DNA of 64,000 nt from Armatimonadota bacterium (GCA_041690135.1 JAWLHY010000009.1:128001-192000); one strand, 5' to 3'. Positions 48,601 to 58,832 are shown, numbered from the stretch's first letter. Numbers and translations: made by a program. Notes: a model not told the origin generated them from the letters alone.

Positions 48601-51600
48601 ATGCCCGACCGCCGCGTCTACCGCCCCACCGCTCTGCTAGGAACTTCCTGGGTCGTCGCTCTCCTGGCCCCAGGCATGGCAGCCCTCTCGCTAACTGCCG
48701 CCCCTTCGCGACCCACCGCCAGACCCGCCCCGCCAGCGGCGAAAGCCGTGTCCCCGCCAGCGGCCGCAAAGCCGGGATCCGGCACCGTTTCGCTTTCCGG
48801 ACCCTGGCGCAAGGGGTACCGGCTGGCCGCGGGCGAGACCGTGGAGATCTCGGTGCACCTCGACCGCCCCTCTGCTCTCCCTCCGAACGGTCGGGTGCGG
48901 GTGGAGTGGACGCTGGAGCGGCCGGACAATCCGGCGGAGGTCGTCCGCACTCCCGAGAAGGGCGGGCCTCGCCCGGTGGACGCGTTCGAGATCTACACCG
49001 CCCCCACCGCCAACTGGCAGAAGGTCCTCCACGCCCTGGACGGAGATGTCTATCTCCTCTACCGCGCGCCGGTGAGCGGCGCCTATAGCCTCAAGCTGGC
49101 GCCCGTTACCGACGAGAAGTGGGTGGGCGACGCGCCCCGCTGGCGAGAGAAGGGTCTGGCCGCGGAAATCTTCCCGCTGCCCCGGCGCACCCCCTGGCCC
49201 CGGGGGGCAGCGGCTTCCGTCTCTCTCTCCGTCCACCGCATCGCCCTCGGCACGGCAGAGCAGGCCCAGCGTCTCGGGAGTGTGGTAGAGGTCGAGCCGA
49301 ACGATACCCCGGAACAGGCGCAGCCGCTCGCGCTGCTGCCGGATGCCCCTCCAACTGGGGGCCAGGGGACCGGGGTCCGCACCTACGAGATCACCGGCAC
49401 TTCGGACGACCTCGAGTATTTCGACAACGGGCGTACCGGCCGCTCCGGCGACGACTGGTTCCGGGTGGAGTTGCAGGGGACCGAGCCCCGGCTGGTGACG
49501 GCGCAGCTCAGCATGCCGGGGCAGTTCCTCGCGGCGCGCATCCGGTGCTATCAATTGCAGAACGGGGCCAGCCCCCGCGTCCCGCTGGGCGCTCTCCTGC
49601 CGATCGCCGAGTACGTGGGGAAGGTCAACCCAGAGCGCCTACCGTGGCAGGAAGGCAAACAGATCCAGTTCCCGGAAGCGCAGGACCCGAACGAGCGGGC
49701 CCACCGGCAGGACGAGCCGCACAGGGCGAACATCAACCGGATCCTGGAGCCGGGCAAGGTCTACTACTTCCGAGTGGAAGCCAATGCCCCCGCCTACCAG
49801 TTCCAGATCCGCGTCTTGAAGCCCGCCCCCTATACCGACCCCCGGATGGCGGTGCGGCAGGCGATGTACACCCAGATCGGGCAGGTGGATGCCTGGCTGA
49901 CCAACCGCCCGCGCGGCGCCAGCCTGGAGCGCCGGATCCGGGACACCGGCAATCTCCTCGGCACCGGGTGCATGAGCTGCCACACCCAGTCCGGGGTCTG
50001 GGGCCCGGCCGTCCCGATCCAGAACGGGTACCGGGTGGAGAACCGGCAGAACTACGACCACCTCCTCAACGTGATGTACGAGTGCCTGCGGCCGACGAAC
50101 GAGTTGAAGGACGCCGCCAACAACAACAGCGTCCCCCCGCTGGATCTCGGCGACGGTCCCGCCGGAACGCGCGTAGCCGGCTTCAACATCGCCACCGTCG
50201 AGCGGGTGATTCCCCCGCGCAAGCTGCACGCGAAGCAGCAGATCCGCGCCGCGAACCACGTCCTCCTCACGGGCGATCCGGACGGGATCAACGCCGCCGG
50301 GCCCGGTTCGAACGTGGGCGAGGCGATCGTCCAGCTCTTCGGCGCGGAGAGCCTGGGCGCCGCCTGGAAGCAGACCGGCGAGCCCCGCTACTTCCGCGCC
50401 CTGGAGACGCGGGCGCGCGAAATCTTGAAGGACGTGCCGGCCTACACCGATGACATCGCCGTCCGGCTCGATTTCTTCGGCCGCGTTTTCCCGTTGGATC
50501 GTTATGCCGAGCAGGCGCGGAAGGCGGCCGAAGCGGAAAAGGCGGCGGGACAGCCCCAGAAGGGCGGCCCCGCGGAGGTCGCGGCACTGATCGAGCAGGC
50601 GCGGGCCCAGGTTCTCCTCGACGAACACCGGCTCCGGCAGATCCAGAACCCGGACGGCTCCTGGGGCTTCCACCCCGGCTCCAGCCCCGATGATGGGAAA
50701 AGCTGGGCCCGCGGCAACAGCGATTGGGACCCCGCGCCCACCGCGCTCGCGATCACCGGCCTGACCTCCCTCGGCCGGACGAAAGATGATCCGGCCATCG
50801 CGAAGGGTGTCCAGGCGCTCCTGCGGATGCAGGACCCGTCCGGCCGCTGGAACAAGGCGGCGATCACCGGCTTCGTCACCACGGGCTATGCCTTGCACGC
50901 GCTGGGCCGTCTCTACCCAGAGAAGCCGCGCACTCCCATGCGGAGCGAGTTCATCCCGCCGGCCGGCGAGACCTTGCCGGCCGCCGTGCGGCGAGTCCAG
51001 GCGCTCGCTCTCACCGGCGAGCCTCGCTTTGCCGACCTGCTGCGCCAGGCCGCCGCCCATCCCAGCCCGCTCGTGCGCTATTGGGCCCTGGTCGGCCTGG
51101 GCACGATCCATACCGACGCCGGGGTGCCGCTCCTGCTCGGCGCACTGAAGGACAGGGCGAAGCCGGTCCGCGACGCCGCCGTCTGGGGACTCCGGCAGAC
51201 TCTCCTCGACGACCGCGGCTGGCCCGCGCTCTTCGCCGCTTACGAAAAGGGCGACGATTATACCCGGGAGGGAGTCCTCCAGGCGCTCGGGATGCGAGCG
51301 GACGCCGTGCTGCCCGGCTCCTCGCTGGATTGGAAGCGCCTGGCGCGGACGCTCGACCGGGCGATGAACGACGACCCGCACCCGGCCGTCCGGGCCTGGG
51401 CGAGCAAGGCCGCCTGGCAGTGGTGGATCTGGAACCCTCCCGTCCGGCCGGCGGTGAATGCCGCTTGGATCCGGATGCTGGCGCGGCCGGAGCCGAACGC
51501 CCTGGTGGAGCACAACAACCGCTACTCCAGCCAGGCGCTCTTCATCGCCAACGGACACCGGGCCAACGGCTCCCAGGAGCACCAGTACCGGGAGCTTTCC

Positions 51601-53247
51601 GCCCTGTTCGAGGCGCTGCGCCAGCGGCTCGAGACCGCGGACCCGCCCACCAAGTCGCGGCTGGCCCGGCGGCTGGTTGCCGTGGGGGCCACCTTCTACC
51701 AGACCGGCGAAGGCGACGGCGGCAGCCCGGGGCAGATGGGCTACGCGACGCCGGGATCCGGCGCCCTGTTCGGGCAGGCGGTCCTCGTCTACCTGCGGGA
51801 AGTGGAGCCTACCCGGGATATCCGCGCCATCACCGCCGGCCTGGAAGGGGCCGCGAACATCCCGCACGGCCCGCTTCAGGAGTTCCTCATCGACTATGCG
51901 CTCAAGGCGCCCGAAGAGCTCCGCCGCACCGCCGCGGAGGCGGTTTCAGACCCCCGCTCCGCAATGCTGGAGGCGGCGCCGGAGCGGGTCGGTCCGCTGA
52001 TCGCCCAGGTGCAGCGGGGCGCGGCAGACCCCGCGCGGCGTCCTACCCTCTCCGATCCGGTGATCAAGCTGTTCGGCTCAATCAACTGGCTGGTTTCGAA
52101 AGACCCTGAGGCGCAGCGCCACTTCCTCGACCTGATGATCCCGAGGTTTGAGCGATACATCAGCCCTGAAGAGATCCGCTCCCTCTCCGATCCCACCGCG
52201 AAGGCGGCGGCAGAGCGGGAGATGGAGGCGGCTTGGTACCTGGCGGATGAGATGGGCGAGGTTTTCGACTCCAATCCGGACCTTCGCCTGGATATGGTCT
52301 TCCGGAAGTACTTTCCGGCGGAGTTCCGGAACCCGCTGGAGCGTCACTTCTGGGTCCGCAGCGTCACCTGGATCCTGGAACACAAGCACGCCCCACCCGC
52401 GGCAGTACCGGCGGGCGAGCAGCCGGGCCCGCCGAAGAAACCGGTTGATCTGAAGGCGGACCCGGGTCTGGTCATCAAGGACCGTGCCCTTCAGCTCTAC
52501 CTCGACGCGCTCCGTCCGGACGCCCTCCCCCAGACCCGCGCCGTCGCCGTGGGGATCTCGAACCGCACGGCGGTCCGGCGCAACCCCGAGGTCCTGCTCG
52601 CGCTCTCCCGGCTTCTGGAGGTGGAGAAGGACGAGCGGCTCCGGAAGATCGCCGAGAACGTGGTCAAACAGGGCTCGGAACGGTTTGTTCCGGACCTGGT
52701 CGAGGCCCTGAAGCACGAAAAGCGGCCCGGCAACGGGCTGATGGAGGACGGAACTGTCAACCCGCTCTTCCTGGAGGACGTCACCTATTTCCGGGACTAC
52801 GTCATCCCCGAGTTCGCCCGGGCGAAGCGCTCCGACCAGAAGACGTGCATGGGCTGCCATGGGAACCCGGGAGCCGTTCCTTCCTTCACCCTGAAGCCGA
52901 CCGACGACTACGGCTACCTTTCCGTCGCCGACCTCCTCTTCAACTACCGGGAGTCGCAGGCGCGCGTCAACCTCGCCGACCTGGAGCGCAGCAAGCTCCT
53001 GCGCAAGCCGCTGAACGTCCAGGACGGAAAGGAAGAGGGTCACCAGGGCGGCCGGCGCTACCTTCCGCAGGACGAGGGCTACCTCATCCTCCGGAAGTGG
53101 GTGGAGAACCAGCCGAAGGTCCGCGCTGCGGTAATGAGCGCCCGCGAGCCGGGACGGCACCCACTAGCAAGCCTGCTTGCTCGACTGCGATCGCCCGCTC
53201 TCAAGCCGCGGGGAGCTAGAGGAGGTGCTCAAGCAGGTCCACGGTGA
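48601..53247 (+). CDS. Large secreted multidomain protein: PPC-like domain, 2 CxxCH motifs, prenyltransferase-like QW repeats, HEAT repeats
   Basis: Signal peptide; EVEPNDTPEQAQ; CMSCH, CMGCH; QNPDGSWG, QDPSGRW; HPSPLVRYWA, DPHPAVRAWA. Confidence 0.8.
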   Translation: MPDRRVYRPTALLGTSWVVALLAPGMAALSLTAAPSRPTARPAPPAAKAVSPPAAAKPGSGTVSLSGPWRKGYRLAAGETVEISVHLDRPSALPPNGRVRVEWTLERPDNPAEVVRTPEKGGPRPVDAFEIYTAPTANWQKVLHALDGDVYLLYRAPVSGAYSLKLAPVTDEKWVGDAPRWREKGLAAEIFPLPRRTPWPRGAAASVSLSVHRIALGTAEQAQRLGSVVEVEPNDTPEQAQPLALLPDAPPTGGQGTGVRTYEITGTSDDLEYFDNGRTGRSGDDWFRVELQGTEPRLVTAQLSMPGQFLAARIRCYQLQNGASPRVPLGALLPIAEYVGKVNPERLPWQEGKQIQFPEAQDPNERAHRQDEPHRANINRILEPGKVYYFRVEANAPAYQFQIRVLKPAPYTDPRMAVRQAMYTQIGQVDAWLTNRPRGASLERRIRDTGNLLGTGCMSCHTQSGVWGPAVPIQNGYRVENRQNYDHLLNVMYECLRPTNELKDAANNNSVPPLDLGDGPAGTRVAGFNIATVERVIPPRKLHAKQQIRAANHVLLTGDPDGINAAGPGSNVGEAIVQLFGAESLGAAWKQTGEPRYFRALETRAREILKDVPAYTDDIAVRLDFFGRVFPLDRYAEQARKAAEAEKAAGQPQKGGPAEVAALIEQARAQVLLDEHRLRQIQNPDGSWGFHPGSSPDDGKSWARGNSDWDPAPTALAITGLTSLGRTKDDPAIAKGVQALLRMQDPSGRWNKAAITGFVTTGYALHALGRLYPEKPRTPMRSEFIPPAGETLPAAVRRVQALALTGEPRFADLLRQAAAHPSPLVRYWALVGLGTIHTDAGVPLLLGALKDRAKPVRDAAVWGLRQTLLDDRGWPALFAAYEKGDDYTREGVLQALGMRADAVLPGSSLDWKRLARTLDRAMNDDPHPAVRAWASKAAWQWWIWNPPVRPAVNAAWIRMLARPEPNALVEHNNRYSSQALFIANGHRANGSQEHQYRELSALFEALRQRLETADPPTKSRLARRLVAVGATFYQTGEGDGGSPGQMGYATPGSGALFGQAVLVYLREVEPTRDIRAITAGLEGAANIPHGPLQEFLIDYALKAPEELRRTAAEAVSDPRSAMLEAAPERVGPLIAQVQRGAADPARRPTLSDPVIKLFGSINWLVSKDPEAQRHFLDLMIPRFERYISPEEIRSLSDPTAKAAAEREMEAAWYLADEMGEVFDSNPDLRLDMVFRKYFPAEFRNPLERHFWVRSVTWILEHKHAPPAAVPAGEQPGPPKKPVDLKADPGLVIKDRALQLYLDALRPDALPQTRAVAVGISNRTAVRRNPEVLLALSRLLEVEKDERLRKIAENVVKQGSERFVPDLVEALKHEKRPGNGLMEDGTVNPLFLEDVTYFRDYVIPEFARAKRSDQKTCMGCHGNPGAVPSFTLKPTDDYGYLSVADLLFNYRESQARVNLADLERSKLLRKPLNVQDGKEEGHQGGRRYLPQDEGYLILRKWVENQPKVRAAVMSAREPGRHPLASLLARLRSPALKPRGARGGAQAGPR

Positions 53248-53670
53248 CCTGGATGCGGCGGTGCTCGCTGCCTACGGCTGGCTGGTGACGCTGACCGACG
53301 AGGAGATTTTGGAGCGGCTGGTGGCCTTGAATGCGGAGCAGGTGGCGGAGGAGCATCGCAGCCTGGTCCGTTGGTTGCGGCCGGAGTTCCAGCACCCGCA
53401 GGGAGCGGCGCGAACGGCCCTGGATAAGGCGGAGGGAACGGAAGCGGTGGCAGCGGTCGACCCACTTGCAGCAAACCGTGTGGCGGGCGGGAATGCGGGA
53501 GCAGGCCAAAGCAGTGCGGACGGCGCTGTCGGCGGCGGGGAGCCGTGATGACTGCGGAGCAATGGGAAGGCGTTCAAGGGGGCGCGGCAGAAGCGGGTGG
53601 GGACGCTGCTCTCCACGCTGGTGTCGCTGCGCCAGGCGCGACAGGTAGCTGAAGGGCACTACACGGCCTC
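53225..53670 (+). pseudogene. C-terminal remnant of an MmeI-like type IIG restriction-modification methyltransferase
   Basis: LKQVHGDLDAAVLAAYGW, DEEILERLVALN, VRWLRPEFQ; frameshifted tail. Confidence 0.7.
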
Positions 53671-53809
53671 AGGGTGTGCACCGTTTAAGGACCCTTTTCA
53701 ATAGCGTTCGTGAACCCGCCTGGGTGACGGTACATTCGCTGTGCATAAAAGAAGCTATGTTAACCCACTACCCGGGCCGCGGCCAGTGCAGGATATTCCG
53801 ACTCGATGC

Positions 53810-53866
53810 GACCAATTGGTCGCTGCAACCGATCCGTTCAGATGACGGTTGTGCTTAGGGTTAGGC
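53810..53866 (+). other. attC-like site
   Basis: GCTGCAACCG ... CGGTTGTGC ... GTTAGGC. Confidence 0.55.
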
Positions 53867-53879
53867 CAGTGGAGACGAG

Positions 53880-54614
53880 TTGCTAGTGTCCGAGACTTTT
53901 GCTGAACTTGACATTCCATTCCCCCTTTTCGAAGGACCGTCCGACCAGGCGACCGAATACTGCGGCTTGGGCGCCTGCTCCTTGTGTAGGAGTGACCAAC
54001 AACACTGTTTCACGCTCGGTATCGGCTGTGCCGTCATGTTGGCTTGTCCGAATTGCGGGACGCTGAATGGCCTGGACGCTGATGATCGTGAGGATGGCCC
54101 ATGCCGCCAGTGCCAGGCCACCGTACCGTTTCCCGCTATTGCGGACGAGGAGATCCAGGCGTGCTACTCTTGTCTCCGTGCCGGTAGAGCAGCCATCACG
54201 AAGGACACGGAACTGGGAATGATCTCGTGGGAGCAGGCGTTCGAGGGGGTCACCCACGGCCGTCCCGGGCTGCACCGGCCTGATTTCGAGATGGTCCCCA
54301 AAGAGAGCGATTGGGTCGGTGTACGGTTACCTCAGGAGATAATGTTCGAGCTGTTGCGGACGCCGACGTACAGCAGCATCCAGGGTGAGCAGTGGCAGTT
54401 CTGTTGCGGGCAGCCGATGGTGTTCGTCGGCGAGTGGAGCCAAGAGGCGTTTGCTCGGCGTGCTCCGGACGGAAACGGTCAGCGGTTCTTTGAAGAGATC
54501 GTGCAGGACAGCAAGCCGGGTCTGTGGGAAGATCGGCTGGACGACGTCATTGAGGTTTACGTCTTCCGCTGTGCGCTGTGCGAGAGACTAACGGCGCACT
54601 GGGATACTGATTAA
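53880..54614 (+). CDS. CbrC/UPF0167 family Zn-binding protein
   Basis: Multiple CxxC; ELLRTPTYSSIQGEQWQFCC, YVFRCALC, HWD. Confidence 0.8.
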   Translation: MLVSETFAELDIPFPLFEGPSDQATEYCGLGACSLCRSDQQHCFTLGIGCAVMLACPNCGTLNGLDADDREDGPCRQCQATVPFPAIADEEIQACYSCLRAGRAAITKDTELGMISWEQAFEGVTHGRPGLHRPDFEMVPKESDWVGVRLPQEIMFELLRTPTYSSIQGEQWQFCCGQPMVFVGEWSQEAFARRAPDGNGQRFFEEIVQDSKPGLWEDRLDDVIEVYVFRCALCERLTAHWDTD

Positions 54615-54617
54615 CGG

Positions 54618-54707
54618 GCCCGATCTCCGCTGCACCTGACCCGGCACGGGTGCTTCGGGTGCGAAGTCATCGGTCGGCGGCCGGTCCGTTGAGCTTGGTT
54701 GTTATGC
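54618..54707 (+). other. attC-like site
   Basis: GCTGCACCTGACC ... GGTCCGTTGAGC ... GTTATGC. Confidence 0.6.
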
Positions 54708-54724
54708 ATCGCCCGGGTGATTTC

Positions 54725-55402
54725 ATGCCCCTTACCAAGTCGCAGATTGCCACACTCAAGCGCAAGGCGGCCGACAACTCGTTAGAGGTCGAGTACCTGC
54801 TGAAGATCGCCAAAACCGCCGATGTCTCGGCGGTTCCGTTATTGAGCGACTTGGCTGCACGGCACGGTTGGTCCTACACCGGCTGGGAAGGCGAGGCTCG
54901 GGTTGTTCCGTTCGCGAAATGGGTCGAGGCGATCTCCGTCTACCTGACGGACGGGTGCGACGGACTGGTAAGCTACGCCCAGCGGCCGCCGGAGACGTCG
55001 TGGTCGTTTGCCCTTTCCGTCCTCAAATCGCTGCGCACGCCCGCCGCGCTACTTGCTATTGCGGAGCTGGCGGATCTCGTTCGCGATCATATCGATGAAC
55101 GTCCAGATGACGCGCAAGAGGTTGTAAACGCGGTGGACAATACCGTTGGTGGGAGGGATGCCCCAGAAATCTCGGAAGCAGCTCGCATGCGGCTTAGAGA
55201 CTTCCTGCACGCCGTGCTTTCTTCATCGCTTGCGGAAGTTTGGGTGGGTTCGGCGATCTTCGCGCTAGGCAAGGTGGGCGATGCGTCATCGTTGTCGATC
55301 ATCAGGAATGTGCGCCCGCTCGGCGGGTTCTGGCGCACAGTGCCGAAGCAGGCAATACGAGAGATCAAGAACCGTTCCGGCGGCTCGGCGAGCGATGCAT
55401 AA
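54725..55402 (+). CDS. Hypothetical helical (HEAT-like) protein in a gene cassette
   Basis: Starts after GTTATGC; stop codon lies within the complementary GCATAAC (55397-55403). Confidence 0.65.
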   Translation: MPLTKSQIATLKRKAADNSLEVEYLLKIAKTADVSAVPLLSDLAARHGWSYTGWEGEARVVPFAKWVEAISVYLTDGCDGLVSYAQRPPETSWSFALSVLKSLRTPAALLAIAELADLVRDHIDERPDDAQEVVNAVDNTVGGRDAPEISEAARMRLRDFLHAVLSSSLAEVWVGSAIFALGKVGDASSLSIIRNVRPLGGFWRTVPKQAIREIKNRSGGSASDA

Positions 55403-55585
55403 CCCGCCGTTGCATTGGACCGCGCTGCGCGCTCTGATCAGCAATGGAACTGCTTCTACTTCCGGAGCCTAATCGAATGGGCTCCTCCACATCCGCACGA
55501 GTTGGATGGAACGGCTTACCTATGTGTAAGTTCTAGGATTGCGCCGCGTAGAATCTCTAGAGTTATCTGGCATGTCTGTTAAGGA

Positions 55586-55925
55586 TCATACTTGGCCAAT
55601 CCCCAGGCTCTCGCGGGCGCTTTCGACCACGGCGCATGTCACCCGCTCCAACTGGTTGGCGTCCAGCAGCCGTTCCAGATGCGCCAGCAAGCGGTGGAGC
55701 AACCGGAAGTTGCCCCCAGTGACGCGGACGACGGTCTCGATCACCTCCACGTTAAAGGGTGCGGCATCCGCTAGCACCACGCCGGCCGGCGTCAAGCGCG
55801 CCTCGACGCGGCGCCGTGCGGAACGGAACGCCGGTTTCACGGGCAACTTGGACTAGCGGCGCCCCCTGCTCCAGGTGCAGTTGGAGTAAGCGGAAGCGCT
55901 CCAACTGCTCGTTGGCGGTGCTCTT
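55586..55925 (-). pseudogene. Fused remnants of a Mu/Tn552-like transposase HTH and an AAA ATPase C-terminus
   Basis: ERFRLLQLHLEQGAPLVQVARETGVPFRTA; RVTGGNFRLLHRLL ... ARESLGIG. Confidence 0.65.
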
Positions 55926-56147
55926 CGGAGACAGAGGTGTGCTCGTCCATCGACGGCGTGGACCCAGTGGCGCGGGAAGATTACGCCACTTACCGCCGAA
56001 TTGACACCGGTCCATCGGGATCGGTTCGGCAGCAATCGGACCCTAAGGTGATCGTGAAGAACACTCTTTGTGAGTAGTGCGCCAGAATGGCAAGGACCCA
56101 AGCATTAGCGGCAGACCTACTGCCGGTCTTCTGAAAGCAGGCAAGGT

Positions 56148-57365
56148 ATGCGCACTCCACCTAACCGTGTCCACCAGCCTGGCAGCCACCGGGCATGGTG
56201 GGCCTCGCTTTCTTTGCTGGCCGCGGTGGTTGTGGCGCCGGTCCCGGCGCCTGCGGCCGGGCTGCGCGGCGACGGCCTAGCGGACGACACCGCAGCGCTA
56301 CAGAAAGCACTGGATACGCGGAAAAGTCTGCATCTGGGGCCGGGCCGCTACCGCATCACCCGGCCGCTGCGCCTGCCGGCCGGCGCCATCGTCACCGGCA
56401 CCGGCACCCTCCTGGTCGACTTCGACAGTGGGAAGATGGATGCGTCCAACGCCGCCCTCTATGGACAGGGAAAGGACATCCGCCTGGAGGGGATCACCAT
56501 CTCCAAGCGCTTCCGCGACGGCTCTTATGGGGTCGGCGTGTTGATCGGCGCGGGCAGCCGGAACGTAGTGATCCGCAACCTGGAAATCAGCGGCTACAGC
56601 GCGCGCTACGGCATCCACCTGGTTGAGACGGAAAACTTCGAGATCACCGGCTGCTACATCCATGACTTTCTGATGGACACTGCGGCGGACATGATCCTGG
56701 ACTCCCCGGCGGGCATCCGGATTACGCGTTGCAAGGACGGCATCCTCAACAGCAACCGCATCCTTCGGATCGAAGTGGGCGCGCAGGGGTATGCCTCCCT
56801 CTCACCCGAGCGGCCCAAATACGGCCGGCAAGGCTACCAGTCTGACTGCATCACGGTGATGCAGAGCCAGGCCATCACGGTGATCGGCAATGTGCTGGAC
56901 ACCAGCGGCGAGGGGATTGATCTACTCCTCTCGTCCGAGTGTGCGGTGAGTGCCAACCGCATTCACAATATCTGGCTGCAGGGCATCAAGATGCTGGGTG
57001 TACGCTACACCTCGGTGACTGGGAATGTTCTGCGAGCGTGCTTGCAGGGCATCGGGCTCGCGGAGCATGTCTCCATGAAGACGGACTGCCTGGGTAATAC
57101 GGTGACGGGGAACACTATTCTAGACTCGGGTGCGCCCGGAGCCTTTCGCGTGCCTGACCTGATGCGGAGGGGTCTTGCCGGAGCCTTCGGTATCGACCTG
57201 AGCGATCGCTGCGTGGACAACCTCATCGCCCACAACACAATCCTCGATACCCAGGCACAAAAAACGATGACTCATGCGGTGCGGCAGGAGAAGAAGCTCC
57301 GCAACATCATAGAGGGCAATAATACAGGCGCCGAGTCAGAGCCGCGGCCGGGCCAGCCCCAGTGA
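56148..57365 (+). CDS. Secreted right-handed parallel beta-helix protein (pectate-lyase-like superfamily)
   Basis: GDGLADDTAALQKAL, GRYRITRPL; repeated GN/I beta-helix motifs. Confidence 0.8.
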   Translation: MRTPPNRVHQPGSHRAWWASLSLLAAVVVAPVPAPAAGLRGDGLADDTAALQKALDTRKSLHLGPGRYRITRPLRLPAGAIVTGTGTLLVDFDSGKMDASNAALYGQGKDIRLEGITISKRFRDGSYGVGVLIGAGSRNVVIRNLEISGYSARYGIHLVETENFEITGCYIHDFLMDTAADMILDSPAGIRITRCKDGILNSNRILRIEVGAQGYASLSPERPKYGRQGYQSDCITVMQSQAITVIGNVLDTSGEGIDLLLSSECAVSANRIHNIWLQGIKMLGVRYTSVTGNVLRACLQGIGLAEHVSMKTDCLGNTVTGNTILDSGAPGAFRVPDLMRRGLAGAFGIDLSDRCVDNLIAHNTILDTQAQKTMTHAVRQEKKLRNIIEGNNTGAESEPRPGQPQ

Positions 57366-57379
57366 TATCGCTTCTGCAC

Positions 57380-57536
57380 TGGAATGCAGTAGGGCAGTGG
57401 CGCAGCGGGAGAGCCGCGGCTCCAGTCCCGGCATTGCCATCAGGATGAGGCCCGACCTTGTCCGGTCGAAGAGGTTACGGAACTCCTCCAGGCTGGGCAT
57501 CTTGAGCCGGTCCGCCTCATCGACCACGTTCTGCAC
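57380..57536 (-). pseudogene. Transposon AAA ATPase fragment (Walker B region)
   Basis: VVDEADRLKMPSLEEFRNLFD ... GLILMAMPGLEPRL. Confidence 0.65.
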
Positions 57537-57650
57537 GTTCCTTACGCAAGACGGATCATAAGATGCCGTGCAGCCCGCAGCCGGCGACCCGCTCGAACGG
57601 AGGCGCGCTGTGGTGATGCTGTCCTGTTGGGAGAGATAAGCCGTGGCGCC

Positions 57651-58172
57651 TCACACTTGCGCAGGGGAACCGCTCTCCCCCGTCCCCAATCCGGCACTGG
57701 TGCGGTTGATAAGGGCGGCCAGCGCATTCACCTCCGCTTCACCACCGATGTAAATGGCACCTGTGGTAGGGTTGGTATCAAAGCGAAGTTCAAACGCTCC
57801 CGTTTTCCCGATTGGATTTGCCACCGCAGTACCGGTCCAGTGCTCACTCCCAAGCTTCCTTCCGAAAGCTTCACGGATCACGTCGACACCTTGCGACGTG
57901 ACGAGAATGCGAAGAAGGGTGTTTCGGTCAACGACAGCATACGCTAAGAATGCGCCTCCCACGATGAGCGCGTTGAGCTGGAAATGGTGTTCCAGAACGG
58001 CACGCCAGGCGAACGTGCCGAGAGCGAGACACCCGAAGCCACCTACCAACCAGACCCGCCCAGATTGCGACTTGCGCGCCAAACCCTTTCGCTTCAGCGG
58101 CGCCCTCAGTTCTAGGGTCCCGTCGGTGTCTGAGAGCACCGTCCAGCCGTAGGTCGTCAGTGTACTATCCAT
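57651..58172 (-). CDS. Hypothetical membrane protein
   Basis: Two TM helices followed by a soluble domain. Confidence 0.55.
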   Translation of the reverse strand: MDSTLTTYGWTVLSDTDGTLELRAPLKRKGLARKSQSGRVWLVGGFGCLALGTFAWRAVLEHHFQLNALIVGGAFLAYAVVDRNTLLRILVTSQGVDVIREAFGRKLGSEHWTGTAVANPIGKTGAFELRFDTNPTTGAIYIGGEAEVNALAALINRTSAGLGTGESGSPAQV

Positions 58173-58296
58173 AAGTCAGCATCCACCTGCGTTTCAGTCA
58201 CCCACGGGGAGCAGGCGAAGCAACGAATAGCGCCCATTGACGGGCATAGGGCGGGGAAGGGGAGGCGGGTGAAGAACGATGCGAGAGAGGGGCAGA

Positions 58297-58368
58297 TGGG
58301 CCCAACAGGATTCGAACCTGTAACCAAGGGATTATGAGTCCCCTGCTCTGCCGTTGAGCTATAGGCCC
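58297..58368 (-). tRNA. tRNA with CAT anticodon, most likely tRNA-Ile2 (lysidine-modified); CCA not encoded
   Basis: GGGCCTATAGCTCAACGGCAGAGCAGGGGACTCATAATCCCTTGGTTACAGGTTCGAATCCTGTTGGGCCCA; extended -10 TGGTAGAAT upstream. Confidence 0.92.
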
Positions 58369-58579
58369 GCGGAGCGCTGCCGACGAGGGCATTCTACCAT
58401 GCTTTGGCCTCCGGGCGGAGGGGTTCCTCCCGGATCTCCACCGGAAGCCGGCACCCGACCCCTCGAGATCGCCATCGGGATCGGGATCGAAGCCGGTTCG
58501 GGTCTGGCGGGGCTGGGAACCGTGGGACGCCGGTTCACCGGATGCGGGAGCGTGCGGTGTGGGTTCCGTGCGGGGCGAT

Positions 58580-58832
58580 CTGACCAGGGGGCGGAGTGGA
58601 TTAGGATCAGGACAAGGATCAGGAGTCCCGGGTAAGGACGAGTTCCCTGATCAGGGGGCGGAGTGGATTAGGACGAGGATAAGGATAAAGAGTTCCGGGT
58701 AAGGACGACTGCCCTGATCAGGGGGCTTGCCACGTCGCGTGCTGGTTCTGTTTCCGTGGTAGAGTGCTTCGGCGGAGGCTCATCCGATCCGGGGAAGTTG
58801 GTGCGGGTCTATCGCTCCTCGCAATGACGATC
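58580..58832 (+). repeat. Composite CCCTGA(C/T)CAGGG repeat ending in GCTCCTCGCAATGAC
   Basis: Cores at about 58580, 58645 and 58712; same family as 29.7-37.5 kb. Confidence 0.8.

Noticed and set aside
57622-57631. TCCTGTTGGG matching the tRNA 3' region as an att site
   Set aside because: Only 10 bp and inverted relative to the tRNA; att duplications are direct repeats.
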